A stretch of 64,000 nucleotides of DNA from Monocercomonoides exilis PA203 (taxonomy: Eukaryota > Protista > Preaxostyla): assembly GCA_001643675.2 (NCBI GenBank), contig LSRY02000040.1, forward strand, positions 558,001 to 622,000, read 5' to 3'. The translations under genes were made by a program, and so were the position numbers. The notes under the pieces are model-generated. The model did not search any database, was not told the origin of the DNA, and saw nothing but the letters and a program-made list of their open reading frames with translations. Positions 13,520 through 27,530 of this stretch are shown here, piece by piece (within the stretch, counting starts at the first letter, position 1; every line of letters starts with the position of its first letter).

Positions 13520-15255
13520 ATGTTTCTTCTTTCCATCTAGATACTATTAAACATCAACGGAATGCCATTCAGCGATGTTCTGAGTGATTCGATGATTCGG
13601 ATGGAAGGAAACAGCGCAGACGCCTTCAGAGGCAGATGTTGCCAGAAACACAGGCCAACAAGCACGATGAGGGTGAGCGCCTCAGCAAGCGACTGGAGGA
13701 TGTCCCCGGTGGTGTTGAAGAGGATGTGTTGCAAGAATCAGTTTTTGAGTGAAATTTCAAAGAAGTTAACAAAAAATATCAAAAAGATTGAAAAGAAAAA
13801 TAAAAAGAAAGAAAAACAGGAAAAGTTCAATCAAGAATTCATAATTAAAAAGCAATACTCCTTTGCGAATGAGTTCATCTTGCAGTCTTCCTGATTGAAG
13901 CAGCTTGTCTTTTATCATTTCTTCCCAGCCATTTATTATTATTAACAAATTTCAAAAGAACTTCTGTGCAACACTAAAAGAGAAAGTAAAAAGTGATAGA
14001 ATAAAAAGGAAAAAAATAGAAATTATCATTGCAAAAAATGTTCAATTTATTTTCATTTATTTTGATTTCTTTCTTTCTTTCTTATTTAAATAAAAATGCA
14101 TAAATGTTACAAAAATTGGATAACACACCTTAATTCAATCAAACATTTCTATCTTTGCCAAGTCTATTTTGTCAGACTCATTCATGCATCACACGTATTG
14201 TTTCTGTGTTTGCATCGAAATCCAAGCTAATATTGGAGAATCAATTATAACCATCAAAGCAACCAAAAATGATGACTTTCAACAAAATTCAACAAGCGTC
14301 TTTTCAGATAAATACACGTCAAGCGGAAACACCATTAAATGATTGATATGTTGAAATGAACCCAAAAATTAGTTGCAATTTGATTCCGATATTGCATCAA
14401 ACTTCCTTCGCCATCTTGAATTCTTTCATCTTCGCTCAGCTTCAAAGCCTTTTGTAAAAAAGAATCTCTTTCAATGCTCTGTTAACAATGATGTTCATTG
14501 TTGTCTTGATAAGGTCTCTTATGCGTTCAATTATCATGCGCCCAATCATCAAAAAATTGCGAATTGTTGAAAGCTTCATTCCCTCCCAATCTTCCTTCAG
14601 CCTGGATGGCCTACTCAAGAAAGCAACGAATTATAAAATTATCCTGATATCTTATAACTTTGATCAACACATTAAATTTGAAACATACACAGAAAACAAT
14701 AAATATCTTGAAATAAAAGAAAAAATCATTTCGATGATTCAAAGCTTCCAAATAACTCCAAAGGAAATCATCAAAAAAATAACTTCAAACGTTTGAGTAT
14801 TAACTTGCAATAATGTTTAAATGCACAGTTTAATGTGCAAATTGTTGTTTTTTTGTTTCTTCTTTGTTTTGTTCTTCAAAACGATTAATTGCCTCCTCTT
14901 CATGTGGCTCGGAACAAATAAATGGAAATTATTTTAATATTCAATACCAAACACGTGGGATATTTTTCAATACGTTTATAAATTTCATCGAAATTCAATC
15001 CAGACTCTTGGAATAAATTATTGTTGATTAGATCAGAAAGAAATTTAACTCTTTCATATTTGACTTAATATAGCCTGAACCGTTGACTTCTTTGTGACAT
15101 CTTTTTTCACACAGATTTTTACTAAGCAAAGGAATTGAGTTTGACAACTATATATTAATTTTGTCAACAATCATCAACAATGTTTTTTTGTTTGTTTTTC
15201 TGTGGTTTTTTTTAAAGTTTTGCAGCAAAATTTGTCTTTGCATAAAATAGACAGA

Positions 15256-16704
15256 ATGGAAATGTACGATGAATACAAATCAGACGATGATGTTCAGGAG
15301 CCTTCTCTTTCAGACAAGTTTTCAAGTTTGTGTAAATTGTGTATTTTCAAAGATCTCATATTTTATGATTTTTGATGTTCGATAAAGAATTATTTGATCA
15401 GTTGGAGCATTGCAATGAAGATGAACAGAGAAAGAAAATTGAAGAAATGGATGAAATAGTTGATGAAATGAAAAAAGAAGAATTTGAATCTATTTTAAAA
15501 ACAGAGCTGTTCAACAAAATGGACAAAATGATTAAAGAAAGGACATTATCATGGGGAAACACAATTTTGTTATTGAAGCATATTGGATATTACAAAGTGC
15601 TGAAAAAGATTTTCTTATATTCTTTTGATTATTCGTTATTGAGCAAAAGAATGAAAGAGATGATGATTGATGAAAATGAGAAGAAGAAAGAAAGAAACGA
15701 AAAAATTCTTACAGATATCTGTGAATGTTATGCTTTGCTGATTGAAGTAAGCATCCCAAAAAAATTGTATTCAATTATTGTGCCTTGCCTTCTGAAAGTT
15801 GCATTGAAGAAAGACGAGACAGATGAAGCTCAGAAGGAAGTGGAAATGGCGTTGCTGGCTTTGGGCAATATTGGAAATTTGGTTTGAGAACCTTTTTACC
15901 ATTTTGATCTTGTTAAATTGCATTTTCCACTTTTTTTGCATAGGAAATGAAAAGAGAACTTTATTTGAATGAGATAGCAGATATTATTCAATATCATCAG
16001 CAGCATCAGAATCTGACACGCCTTGCCTATCAGTCTGCTTGGCAGTTTTTGATAAAAAGATTTTACAACGACGAAAGCTTGGAAGAAGTGATTGTGAATG
16101 AGCTGCATTTTGCGAGAGAAGCAAGAAGAGAATTGGAAGAGTTGATGAGATGTATTGATTGGAAGAGAAAAGAAGAAGAAAGAGAAAAAGAAACTGAAGA
16201 TGAGCTTGTTTTAAAGAGATGGCTCAAAATGTCGGAGAATTGTTTTCACAATTGCAAATCATGGAATGAAGAATGCTCCGAGCTTATCAGAAGCATTTGT
16301 CAAGTGTATAGAGCATCAAGAGATAATTACTTTGGAATTCAATTACAATGCCTTAATTTGTTAGAAGCAGCAGCAGAAAATAAAGATGTGAAAACTGATA
16401 ACTTTTTGAAAAGCGGAGCTATTGGAATCTATTTGGAGGAAATGAAGCAATCAACTTTGGTTAATATTTCAATAGTGGAAAGTTTGTCTTTGTTAAGTAA
16501 AATTTCAGAAAGATTAAAAGAAAAAGAGGATGATGAAAAGGAAGAAATTAAAAGAAAGGCAACGAAAAGAAAGATATTTGAAAAGCTGGAAGAAGAAGGT
16601 TGTGAAGATTGCATTGGGAGTTTTCATAAATTGTTTTTTTTCTCAATGGAAAATATAATGATGCTTTGTTATTGAATATTTCTGATTATTTTGTAAATGT
16701 TTGA
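15256..16704 (+). CDS. Alpha-helical E/K-rich family protein, paralogue 2 (exons 15256-15325, 15388-15881, 15944-16704; frameshift in poly-T near 16634-16641)
   Basis: Introns 15326-15387 (phase 1) and 15882-15943 (phase 0) match the positions in paralogues 1 and 3. The family-type C-terminus LNISDYFVNV* continues in a shifted frame to TGA at 16702-16704. Confidence 0.8.
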
Positions 16705-16833
16705 GAAAATGAAATTCATATTTATATTTTAACTCAAAAATTGATGCTTTGTTATTGAATATTTCTGATTATTTTGTAAATGTTTGAGAAAATGAAATTC
16801 ATATTTATATTTTAACTCAAAAATTGATGCTTT
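16659..16833 (+). repeat. 83-bp tandem duplication of the 3' end of paralogue 2
   Basis: 16659-16741 is repeated at 16742-16824; TGATGCTTT occurs at the start, the junction and the end. Confidence 0.9.
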
Positions 16834-17574
16834 TGTATTTGTTTTTGTTACTCCAAAATGGTATCTATTTCTTTTTCATCATTTCACAGAATGACCACAA
16901 ACTCAGGCATTTGAAATTTTTGTGAAAAAATACTTAGGGTGGTTTTTTTATCGGACTTTTTTTTATCCGGACAAAAATTTAAAATTAAAATATCTCAACA
17001 AATATTCAATTTTAATTTACAGCAATTTGCACAGTTGTATATTAGCATATATGACATCTACTTATACACAATTTTTTTATTGCGGTGTTGTATATTTTTT
17101 GAAATAAATCATTTTCATTTCAGAAAAAACTGACTTTTGATGAATTTTTCTATTTTAATAAAACGATTCAATATATCTTTTGCACTTATCGCTTATTTTT
17201 TCAATGTAACAAACAATTTAGGTTATTTTTTATTTTCTGCAATTTGCTCGTTTTGACTGAATGAAAAGCAATCATTTTTGAAAAAATTTTATCAATGGGA
17301 AAAATAAAAAAAATTTTTTTGCAAAACTCAAAAACAACCAAGTGAATAAAAGGCATGCATTAATTAATATAACGGTTTATTTGATTACTTCCACATTGTT
17401 ATTTAAAATGAATTGCAGTCCATCAAATTATATTTTTTGTACTCTTTTTGTTTTTGATAATATTTTGTGATGAATTTCATTCAAATGCCAATATGGCTGA
17501 TCCTTTTTGAAATCAAACTTTCATTCGATTTTTGAACAAAATATATTTCTTTTATGGATCATTTCAAAAAATGA

Positions 17575-17818
17575 TTTGTCAAAAATTTTTTGAAAACTTC
17601 CTTTTGTATAATTTACAAATATTTTTAAAAAATCATTATTTCATCAAATTTCTGTTCCAACAAACAAAACTTCACTGAATTGGAAACAAAACCTTAACAA
17701 TGTTATTATTTCACTTTGAGAAAGCAACTTAAGTGGGAACAGAAATTTGATGTTATAATGAAATTTTTATTTCATTTGATAATTAAACAAAAGGAGGTTT
17801 TCAAAAAAAAATTAGCCA
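17575..17818. mobile_element. Palindromic foldback/MITE-like element, family H, copy 1
   Basis: Arms TTTTTTGAAAACTTCCTTTTGT...CATCAAATTTCTGTTCC and GGAACAGAAATTTGATG...ACAAAAGGAGGTTTTCAAAAAA. Homologous to 61365-61608 and 62536-62782. Weaker symmetry extends to about 17500-17940. Confidence 0.7.
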
Positions 17819-18624
17819 TTTGTTTTTAGGAACTCTCATTGTTAAAAATATTGTGATTGCAGAAACATATTTTGACTAAAAATCAAAGAGAGAAGAAAAT
17901 TTAAATCAAGACTCGAACAAAAGAGTGATTTCAAAAAGTGTCATTCTTTTAATAAAAATGATCAAAAATTGAAATAACAAATATAATAGTGGTATTTTTT
18001 GATCATAAAAACAGATTTTAATCGATGTATTTATTACAAACATTACTGTCGTATGAATTTGTTTTATTAATTTATTCAAAAAACATTCCTCATTTTTTTG
18101 TGATTAAGTTTTTTTTTAATCCTGTTTCTTAACAATTGGTGCATAAAACATGACATAACACAAAATAAAATATAAGATCACTTTCTATTAAAATAAGAGG
18201 GAAGTTTCTGACATTTTTCTCCAGAAAACATCTTTTCATCACCAACTCAATTGGCATCCTAGACTTTCATTTTCGTTTCGACTGAATGTTGTTAAAAAAA
18301 TAAATTAAAATCATACAGAAATAGGATTTCGAAATATATTTTCAGAATAATTCTTCTTGTGGTTGTTGAGTGATCGAACTTGTCAAAATTTTTTGCACAA
18401 TCTGCAATTGATATGAAATAGTTGACGATATTTTTTTTTCTTTTAAATGAAAAGTGTTTCTTTTTCTTATTACACATTTCTGTTTTGAATAATTAAAGAT
18501 GCAATAAATGATGAAACGAATAATTTTCATAAAAAAAACTGAAAAACAAAAAATATGGTTACTGATCATCAAAAAAACCATTCGTTGAGTTTTTGTTTAT
18601 TATTTTAAGAGAGGTCAAAAAAAA

Positions 18625-21600
18625 ATGGCCAGCGAAGAGAGCATGTCGATGTGTTCGACATCAAGCGGGATGACGAATGAATATGCTCAAGCAGAAGGTT
18701 TCAGTAAACTGGAAACAGTTGGATTTTCATTTTTTTCACCTCTTTACCATCAACCGAAACATCCGAGTAAAACATGGGAAATTTTCGTATGGGCATTCAC
18801 AGTGCTTCAGATGGTTACACTCAGTTTCTTTCGAGTTGATGTTTCCACGCAAAAAGTGAATACAGTTTCTTTGGTTTGCGATTTTCATCTTTAAATTTTT
18901 TCCTTTGTGATTTACTTATCATTCCACAATCCTGAACTTGATGAATGTATATTTTTTGGGGTTAAATTTTTTATTCATGCGACTGTAAGTGCGTCGGCTT
19001 TCCAGATGGAACGTCTCTTGGATATTTAGCAGGAAATTACGTTTCGTTTGTAATAATAGGATGCGCAGGATATTTGGCATTGCTCATTATATACATAGCG
19101 GTTACAGCGATTTTTCAAGGCGTTATTTCTGGCTCGCAGCCGTGGGTCATTTCACTTTTGCGCTGGCTTGTGAACTTTACATACACCATCTTGTTTATCC
19201 CATTGACTTCGATATGCATAACTATATTTGATTGCTATAAATCCGAAGGACAAATGGTCCATCGGGGATTTGAAGGCAGTTGCTCGGGTTCATTGTTATC
19301 GTTTTTGGGATTTATTGTGTCAATGCTGGTACTTATTGTTCTTCTAATATCTTCAATATTAATAAACAACATGATTTTCAACCACAATTCGAAGCATGGT
19401 GGTCTATGGTCATCACCAAGTGGGCTGTGGCAAGCGGTGGACTCGTCACTTGTGTTTGGATGTGTGTTTGCGATGAGAACACTGATTGAATGGCCATTCT
19501 GGCGCGGAGTGGTTACTGTTGGATCTTCTCTAGCGATGATGGTGTATTTTGTGTATATTCAGCCGATATACAAACTGAATGGAAATCTGCTGATGGGCAG
19601 TAAATGGTGCATGTTTGGATGTTTGAGACTTATTGACGAAATTCTGTATGCAATTGAAGGAGCAACAGGCAACTGGATAATAACTATTGTGCTTCAAGTT
19701 GTTGGACTAATAGCTGGAATTGTTGTTTGTGCAGTGCTGTTGCCTAAGATTGGCCGAAAGATGAGAGAGAAAAAGTATCTTTTAACAGCCTTTGGCAACC
19801 AGCTGTCCGATATTTGCACGAAAAATCCTTCTTTGGCTCTGCCTCCGCTGAAAAAGCCAGAAAGAGTGGAGCCATCCCTTCGCTTTATACAACAGAAAGA
19901 ATACAATTCGATGATTCATTTGACATTTGCGGATTACGTGTACACACACGCACTGAAGACGAACCCGAACAACAGCATGCTGTGCTTCCAGTATGCGACG
20001 TTTCTGTCTGCCTATCGCAAAAACTACATGAAGTCGAACACGCTCATCCAAAAAGCTCGATCGCTTTCTCCGGGCATGTTTCTGAACTTTGTGCTGTTCT
20101 GCAAGGCAAAAGAGAACGGAGGGCGCGCAAACGGGCAGAACGGCGGGAACGGGGCAGGCAACATGAACTCGTTTGCCTTCACGACGCTGCTGGCAAAGGC
20201 AGAGAAGCACCACGAGCAGGCTGTGAGTGCGATGAAGGACTTCTTCGAGAACGCAACAGCGATGCAGCCAGACTACAAGGCGATTCCGGGTCTGTTGAAT
20301 TCGATTGTGAAGAACGAGGATGTTGCGAGAAAAAGCTACGAAGAGCTGATTGCATCGCACGAGCAGAACACAGGTGTGCTGCGGAGCTATGCACGTCTGC
20401 TGCTGGACATCTACGACGACGAAGACGAGGCAGAGATGATTCTGAACCGGGCAGAGCAGATTGAAGAGGACTACGGCTACGGCGAGTCGATGGCACATAC
20501 ACATGCTGGAGGCTTCCACGATGGGTCGTTTGGGATGGGAGAGGCATACGAGATGAGCGGGAGGAGAAGCGCAGGGGGAGACAGGACGGGTGCAGAGCAT
20601 GAGGCGAATATGCCTCGTATTGTGAGGCGGGGAAGCTTTGAGGTGAATGCAGGGAGTGTTAAGGATGGCGCCAACGGAGACAAAGGAGCAGAGGGTTCTT
20701 CATTGGAAGCACAGAATTTGGATGGTGAACGTGAGTCTCTTGCGAGAAGCGAGGCGCAATGGCAGCAGTCTTCGAGTGGAGCCAGAAGGCATCACACGTC
20801 AAATCGGAGGAGGAGAAAGAAAAAGAAGAAAGAGTCAACGATTGTCGATCTGGTGATGGGAGGGCACGGTGAGCACGGGAACAAAGAAGGGAACATTTTC
20901 AAGCTGAAGTTCACAGTCATTGTTTCGCACATGATAGACATAGCTGTGCTAATAGCTGCCCTGATTGTGTATGTCATCATGACGAATAATCACCAGAAGA
21001 ACCTACAGACGCTGCGGAATGTGTGCGATTTGTCGTTTCATTCAGCACGTTCAGCCACAATCGGATACAACTTCTTTATATACGACAAAAGGTACAACTT
21101 CACGAACCCGACTTCCTCAGACAAGTGGCCGGCAGGAATGATTCAGAAGAAAGATCTGTTGAAGATGATGGACGATACATCAGAAAGCCTGGCCTCTATG
21201 CTCGGCAGAATCCACCAGTCAACCACAAACTTGGAGGTGTGGGAGACGGCAGACGTCAGCACGTATTTCTTCACGATGACCACAAAGGAAGAGGAACAGG
21301 ACGGAGAGACAACGGAGGTGATAGACACCAAAAGGCAGGTACTCCGCTCGTCGTCGATGTTGGAGGTGCTTGCGACTGTTTCACAGATCACTCACCATCT
21401 GTATCTATCGAACATATCTTCTCGACCTCAAGATCCTGATTATCTGTCTAACATACAGTTTTTGGTCTTCAACTGCCCTGTTCCAATTTTGGAAGGTGCG
21501 AAAAGAGTCATCATTTACTACTTTGACCTTATGAACACAGAATGCAACCAGATCATCATTGTCTTTTCTGTAATCATCTCCGCTTTTCTGTTGCCGCTGA

Positions 21601-24485
21601 CGATTTTCCAACTTTTCCTTTTTGTGAGATTCTCTCACAAGGCAGTGAAGAATCGGATGAGGGCGTATCAGACGATGCTGGACATGCCAAAGAACAAGAT
21701 GCAGAGTGTCATTCGCAGACTTCTGAGAGACGAAGACGAAGAGGACGACTTTACGATCAACATTGAGATGGGCGAGAGCATGGAGACGAGGACATACGAC
21801 AACTACTTGGACAACAACGAAATGCACAACGGTGATAACAACCACAACGGAGAGTTCTTGGAAGATCCTGGCGCATCTGCTTTGCAAGAAGGAGGAGGTG
21901 AAAGTGGGCAAGGAGACAGTCAATCGAAAATTGTGTGCAATTCCCTGCAGACATCTCATCTGAACGGGAAAGGGCTGGGTGAAATCAATGCGCGCTCAAT
22001 GTTTGTGCGGCAGGCGTCGATGGATTCGCAGCAGAAGAGGAAATCCTCTTTTAAACAGAACTCACCCGAGATGGAGCTTTCTTATGTGAAGTCAGCGTCT
22101 TCGATGTTGTCTGGTGCTGGCCCTTCTATGGATTCGATACACGACACACCGTTTTCTCTGTCTTCTTCGAGTTCTTTGTTTGAAGAGCATCTGACGACGA
22201 TTCCATCGACATCTGGCTTGCAGCTGCAAATGCCAACAGTCAGCGAAGAGAGCACAAAGGGAGCACAAACGAATGAACAAGGAAATGGAGCAAGGAGAAA
22301 ATCACATCCTCTGCTGACGAATATCGACACTTCTTTGAACAATCAGAAAGCGGAGTCCGAAGGATCAGGAGCAGAATCCCAGTCCAGTCGATCGAAGAAC
22401 GATTTGACTCCTCCTGAACACATTCCCTTTAGCACAAACGAGGTTGCGATGGTTGAGCACGAAGGAGCATCAGTTGTTGCAAATGCCACTCCCACCGGAA
22501 ACGCTCCAAAGACGGTTATCAACCCGATGTTCGGCGGAAATGTGCTGGCGGCACCGCAGACAACCAAGCCTCTTGGCATCAACCAGTTCGACGAACTGAA
22601 CAACATGTCACAAACTCCTCTTCTCATGCCACAGCTCTTTTCAAATAATGGAACAGGTGGCCTAAACAATAATGGAAATAATAACCAGCCCCACTTTGGA
22701 TTGACGTCTACTGCCTCGTTCTCCATCCAGCACACGATGTCTGAATACGAAACGGGGTCTATTTTCAACTCGACTCAGATAATGCCCCCGCTCTCACCAA
22801 CAAATGTGTATCAACAGAAAAATCCAATGTTATTCAGCCAGAACCTGTCGCTTCAACAAATCGACGTGCCAGCTCCGATGCCCACTGTCTCTGAGGCACA
22901 GTTGAGGACTGATCGAAATATGTTGGATGCGAACGAGCCAATTGTGCAGGCACAACAACAACAACAACCTCAAGAGCAACAACAACAACAGATTGGAGCT
23001 GTTGATATGAAATACACGTACGATGACGAAGATAATGAGGAAATAGAAAGAGCCAGGCAGATGGGGATGATCAGAAACGCCGTTGAAGATGCAGCGTGGG
23101 AAGAGCAAATGGAAAAGGATATAGAGAAGCACGAAGCAGCATACAAGCAGCTGCCAAAGCCAGTCACAGCTAAAATCCGAGTGCCAATCTTTCTATTTGT
23201 GATACTTGGTCTTTGTGCTGTTTTTGTTACAGTTATTTTGACAATCACGTATGTTGCTGGCTTCAAGCCAATCTCAGCCAACATCATTCTATCTGGAATG
23301 CGTGCGTCAATTCTGTTCCAAATCCAGTTTCTGCTGATATCCGTTCTTCAGCCTCTTCCACTACTGAAGACAGACCAATCAATCACATTTCCGAGAGCAA
23401 ACAATCCAGTCATGCATAACTCCTCCCATTGCTCTGGCGATCCACTCATTGCACGCAACATGCTGGTTTCGATGTCCAATTACTTCGATGCGGTGCATTT
23501 GGGGTGCCACTTCGGCGATTCTGAGTATTCGCATGCAGACGATGTTACATACGATGCAGTGACTGTGTCGCGGATGAAGACAGAGTTCAATGTGAAGACG
23601 CTGCTAGCAGACACTGAGTGCTTCCTGGCTGAATCTGATGACTGTTCTCAAGTGGATCCAATGAGAATATACGGAGTGCATGGAAACCTTTATGGCCTCA
23701 CCTCACTTCTGGCGCGGATGAGGATAAATGTGGAGAGGATTTCGAAGATGGATGTTGAGAACATCACGTATTTAACCCCTGAAGCGCGATTCATTCTGAA
23801 TGGACTCAGAAATGATATTGTGGGAGGCATAAACAAGATGACGAACATGATTTTGACTGAAGGAAAGGAAGAAGTGCAAGAGTCAGTAACTATTCTGATT
23901 GCTGTTATTGTTGTGTTTTGTGTTTTGTATTTAGTATCCATGTTTGGGAATGGGTTGATGTGGATAGGGGAAATCGCGTTTATCGAAAATGCATCTGAAA
24001 AGCTGTTGGATTTGCTGCCAATCAAAGAAGGTGAGAAGGAAATTGTGATGATGCCGTCGATGGTGACAGGGCACGACTCATTCGATAAAGGAAGAGAGGC
24101 AATTCTGGACTATGCGCAGCAGCTTATCACGTCAATCAACCAGAACGAGCCTTATGAATCATTGGTGGCGACGTTTTTCCAGCTTTCGTCGACGGCGTTT
24201 GCTGTCTTCAACGAGGAGGAGAGAGAAATGGCAGCGAAGAATTACGAAGGGATAGAGAGGCACAAGCGAGAGCATTTGCTGTTGAGGCAGCGGCTGACTA
24301 TGATTGCAGACCTGCTTCGCTCAAAGAACGATGCAGCGAAGGCAGTTGGGAAGAGGAAGCTGGTTTCGCTGTTTGACATGCACTTCACCGACGAAGACAT
24401 CAACTTTGCAGACACTTGTTTCGGGATGGATGATAACAATCAGAATAACAACGAAAACGACAATGACAACAACGACGATTTGTGA
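18625..24485 (+). CDS. TmcB/TmcC-like multi-pass membrane protein with TPR-like helices and a C-terminal hemerythrin-like domain (exons 18625-18873, 18990-24485; ~1914 aa)
   Basis: Predicted phase-0 intron 18874-18989 (GTTTGC..AAG) joins the 89-aa and 1803-aa ORFs. N-terminal hydrophobic helix bundle; TPR-like segments (ADYVYTHALKTNPNNSMLCFQYATFL, VLRSYARLLLDIYDD); two further TM pairs enclosing large loops; C-terminal TG...D / F.EEE..M....Y.....HKREH / HF..ED pattern. Confidence 0.85.
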
Positions 24486-27400
24486 TTGTGGCTAGTTTTG
24501 TGTGTGTGTTTTTTTTATATGTGTGTGTATTTGCGTTTATCTATGTGCTTGTGCTTTCGTTTTTAGACATTTAGTCTTCTTTTCTTTAATGTTAGTTTCA
24601 AAAAAATTAGTATCCATTTAAATAAATCTTGTAAAATGGGTATCAATTTTTGAAGTTTTCTTCTTCTCTCTCGCTCTCATTCTTTTTTTAGTAGTTTTTT
24701 AGATTTTTTTTAACATTATCTTTTTTTCCATTGAAAATAATGCCTATTGTTCATTGAAAGTGTCTGTGAGGGAACTAGTACTTCAAACTTTACCTCTCTC
24801 CTTTTATATGTGTGTAATTTTGGTTTATTTGTGTATCTTTAGTTATCTGAAGAGAAATTTGCACTTTTTTGTTGAAATACTTTATTCGATTTCGTTCGCT
24901 TTAAATATACTAGTTTTTTTTTTTTTTAAATTTAATTTAATTTAATTTTATTATATTTTATTATATTCCATTTTTTTTTCCAAATGTTCTTTTGAAAGTG
25001 AATCAATTCTTTTTTTTCTCTTTCAAACAACAAATTAATATTTTTATTTCATATCCATTTTTTTTTGAAACGTTTTTTTTTTTCATGTATTAAGTTCATT
25101 TCCATCCCAAGTGTTTCTTTTTTTAGCTTTTGCTGTTTTATTTCGGTTATGCTAAAAAGCATAAAAGTCGCATAACTTTTAATTGTTGTACATCACATTT
25201 ATATCACCCAGAATTTGAAATTTATTAAAGTTTAATGTTTTATGTGAATAGTTTGATTTATAAATTGAATTTTTGTTTTGTTTGTTTTATTTTTTCGAAA
25301 TCAACATGCACATTTGATGGAGTTTTCATTTGATGCAAAATTAACATTTGCTTTTATCTCTGAAAAAGGTTGTGTTACCGTTTTTGAATATTCAAAGGTT
25401 GTTGTATTGAATCTTTTTAATTGATGAAGAGTGAATGGAGCCTTTTTTTTTTTAATTGTCATTAGCAAAGGTTGTTTAAATGAAGAATAAGTTTATTTGA
25501 AGAAGAAATGCTTCATTCAACAAACTCGCTTCATTTAAAAATTCTAAACATCGTTAATAAGGCAATTTTGAGTTGTAATAATCTTATCACATTTTATTTG
25601 ATTATAATTTTGAAATGAAAAAATAATATTGAGAAATATCATTTCGTTATATTTTTCCTTTTTTTTATTTTTGAAGTGATTATCTTCGTAATTCATCGTT
25701 TTGTTGAAAACTTATCAAAAATTGATGTTCAAGGAACTTAATGTTTGAATAATCAAAGAATGAATGAGAGTCAATTATTTATCAGAAAATTAGTTTTTCA
25801 GCTGTTCCCAAAGAATTATCAACTGAAATGATCTACGTCAGGTATACGTACAAGCTGAAATATGTTTTTGAAGGTTTTTTTTGAATTCGAAGACATTTCA
25901 AAAATAAAAAATGCATCCTCCTTTTTGAATTTGTATGAAAATCATGTTCTGAATGATATTCATTTATGAACAGTGTTTTCTCCGAATTTTTTAGAGTTTA
26001 ATGCATTTGCTAAGTGATGCTGATGAGTTGATATTTTTCTCAAATATCTTCATCAGGGCAACTTCCTCTTTTGATTATTGCTCTGTTCTTTTCAATGGTC
26101 TCTCTATGTTGAATACGTGCGCAACTTGAGATGAAAGAACAAAAAGAAGAAGAGCTGCATTCTTCTCAGACACATTAAAAATTGATGTTTGACAGTTGAG
26201 AAATTGAAAAACAAACATTCATTGCATGCACATAAAACAGAAGAGCAAGATCAGCCAAGTTGAGGAAGAGAAACTCAATTTTGTAGAGTTTTTTTCCAGC
26301 AAAACCTACAGCCTTGGCTGTATCAGATGTGATTGGCGGAATGCTCAGTTGTGAATTTCGCTGAACATGCGTTGATTCTTATTGATAATGAAATCTTCCA
26401 TTTGAATCGGAATCAATCCAGAAAGATGATGAATTCATGTGATGTTTGACAAACTGAATTTGTTTTTTTACAAATTCCTCAATGTTTGACAGACAACGTT
26501 GAAGATGAACGGAAAACATCCAATCTCACCAACTGTTGATTGCTGCATCACGAAAGAATTGCCAGAGTATTGCTCAAAAAGGAAGCTGTTCTCTTCATTC
26601 TGATGCAACTGAAATCTGACTGAATTTCTTTCTTTTTTCCAGAATCCCATTTTCCCTTTCAAATGCTGAGAAATAACCTTGCTGATGTGTTTATTGAGTG
26701 CGTTTTGTGTAAAGTCGTCTTCCTCCTTCTTCTCCAAATCTCTTTTCAACTGAAATGAAAACAGCCTTGAATGAACAAATCTGATAACAATATCCAATCA
26801 AATGAATAAATTTCCTTTTGATGTTTCACTCTCAATGAACAGAAGAATCTCCATTTTTTCTATTGGAGCTGGCCTTCATTGTTTTTCTTTTTTGCACAGG
26901 ATAATTTTTGCAATTGAAACATTGGAGCCTTGATCTTCTGCCACTCAAGAAGCATGTTCCCCATTTTCAAGAACTTTTCTTTTCTTTTGTTCAGACAATT
27001 TGTGATGATTTTCTGAATTTCTTTTCTTTTCATCTTTCATGATCCAATGTTCCATTGATAAATGAGCTCAAAATGACACAATCCATAAAATATGCCAAAC
27101 CTTCATGCATCACCTGTTCTTGTTTTCAAATTCATTCTTCTCCACAAAAAACAACTAAAAACATCTTCCGTTCACTCATTCAATCTGCCAGATTTCTTTT
27201 CCTCTTTGATAAGGCATTTGCTATTAATTCCATTGGACAAAAAAATGTGATTCAAATTGTTGATGATTTTTGAAATAAATATCATTCTTCAAATAAACTG
27301 TTGGTTATGATCAAAAAGAAACAAAAAATTTCCATTTTTATTCTCATACAGCCAATCCTTGGGGCTTCTTCGCAATATCTTTTGCAATTCTTTTCATATA

Positions 27401-27530
27401 ACAAAAACAGTACAGTTTGCATTGCGATCGTTTTTATTTTGCAGGATAATCAACAATGTGTGTATTTATCTTTTATTTTGTTTCTAATCATCCTTTTCCC
27501 TCTTTTTGAATATTTTTTGGAATAAACAGA

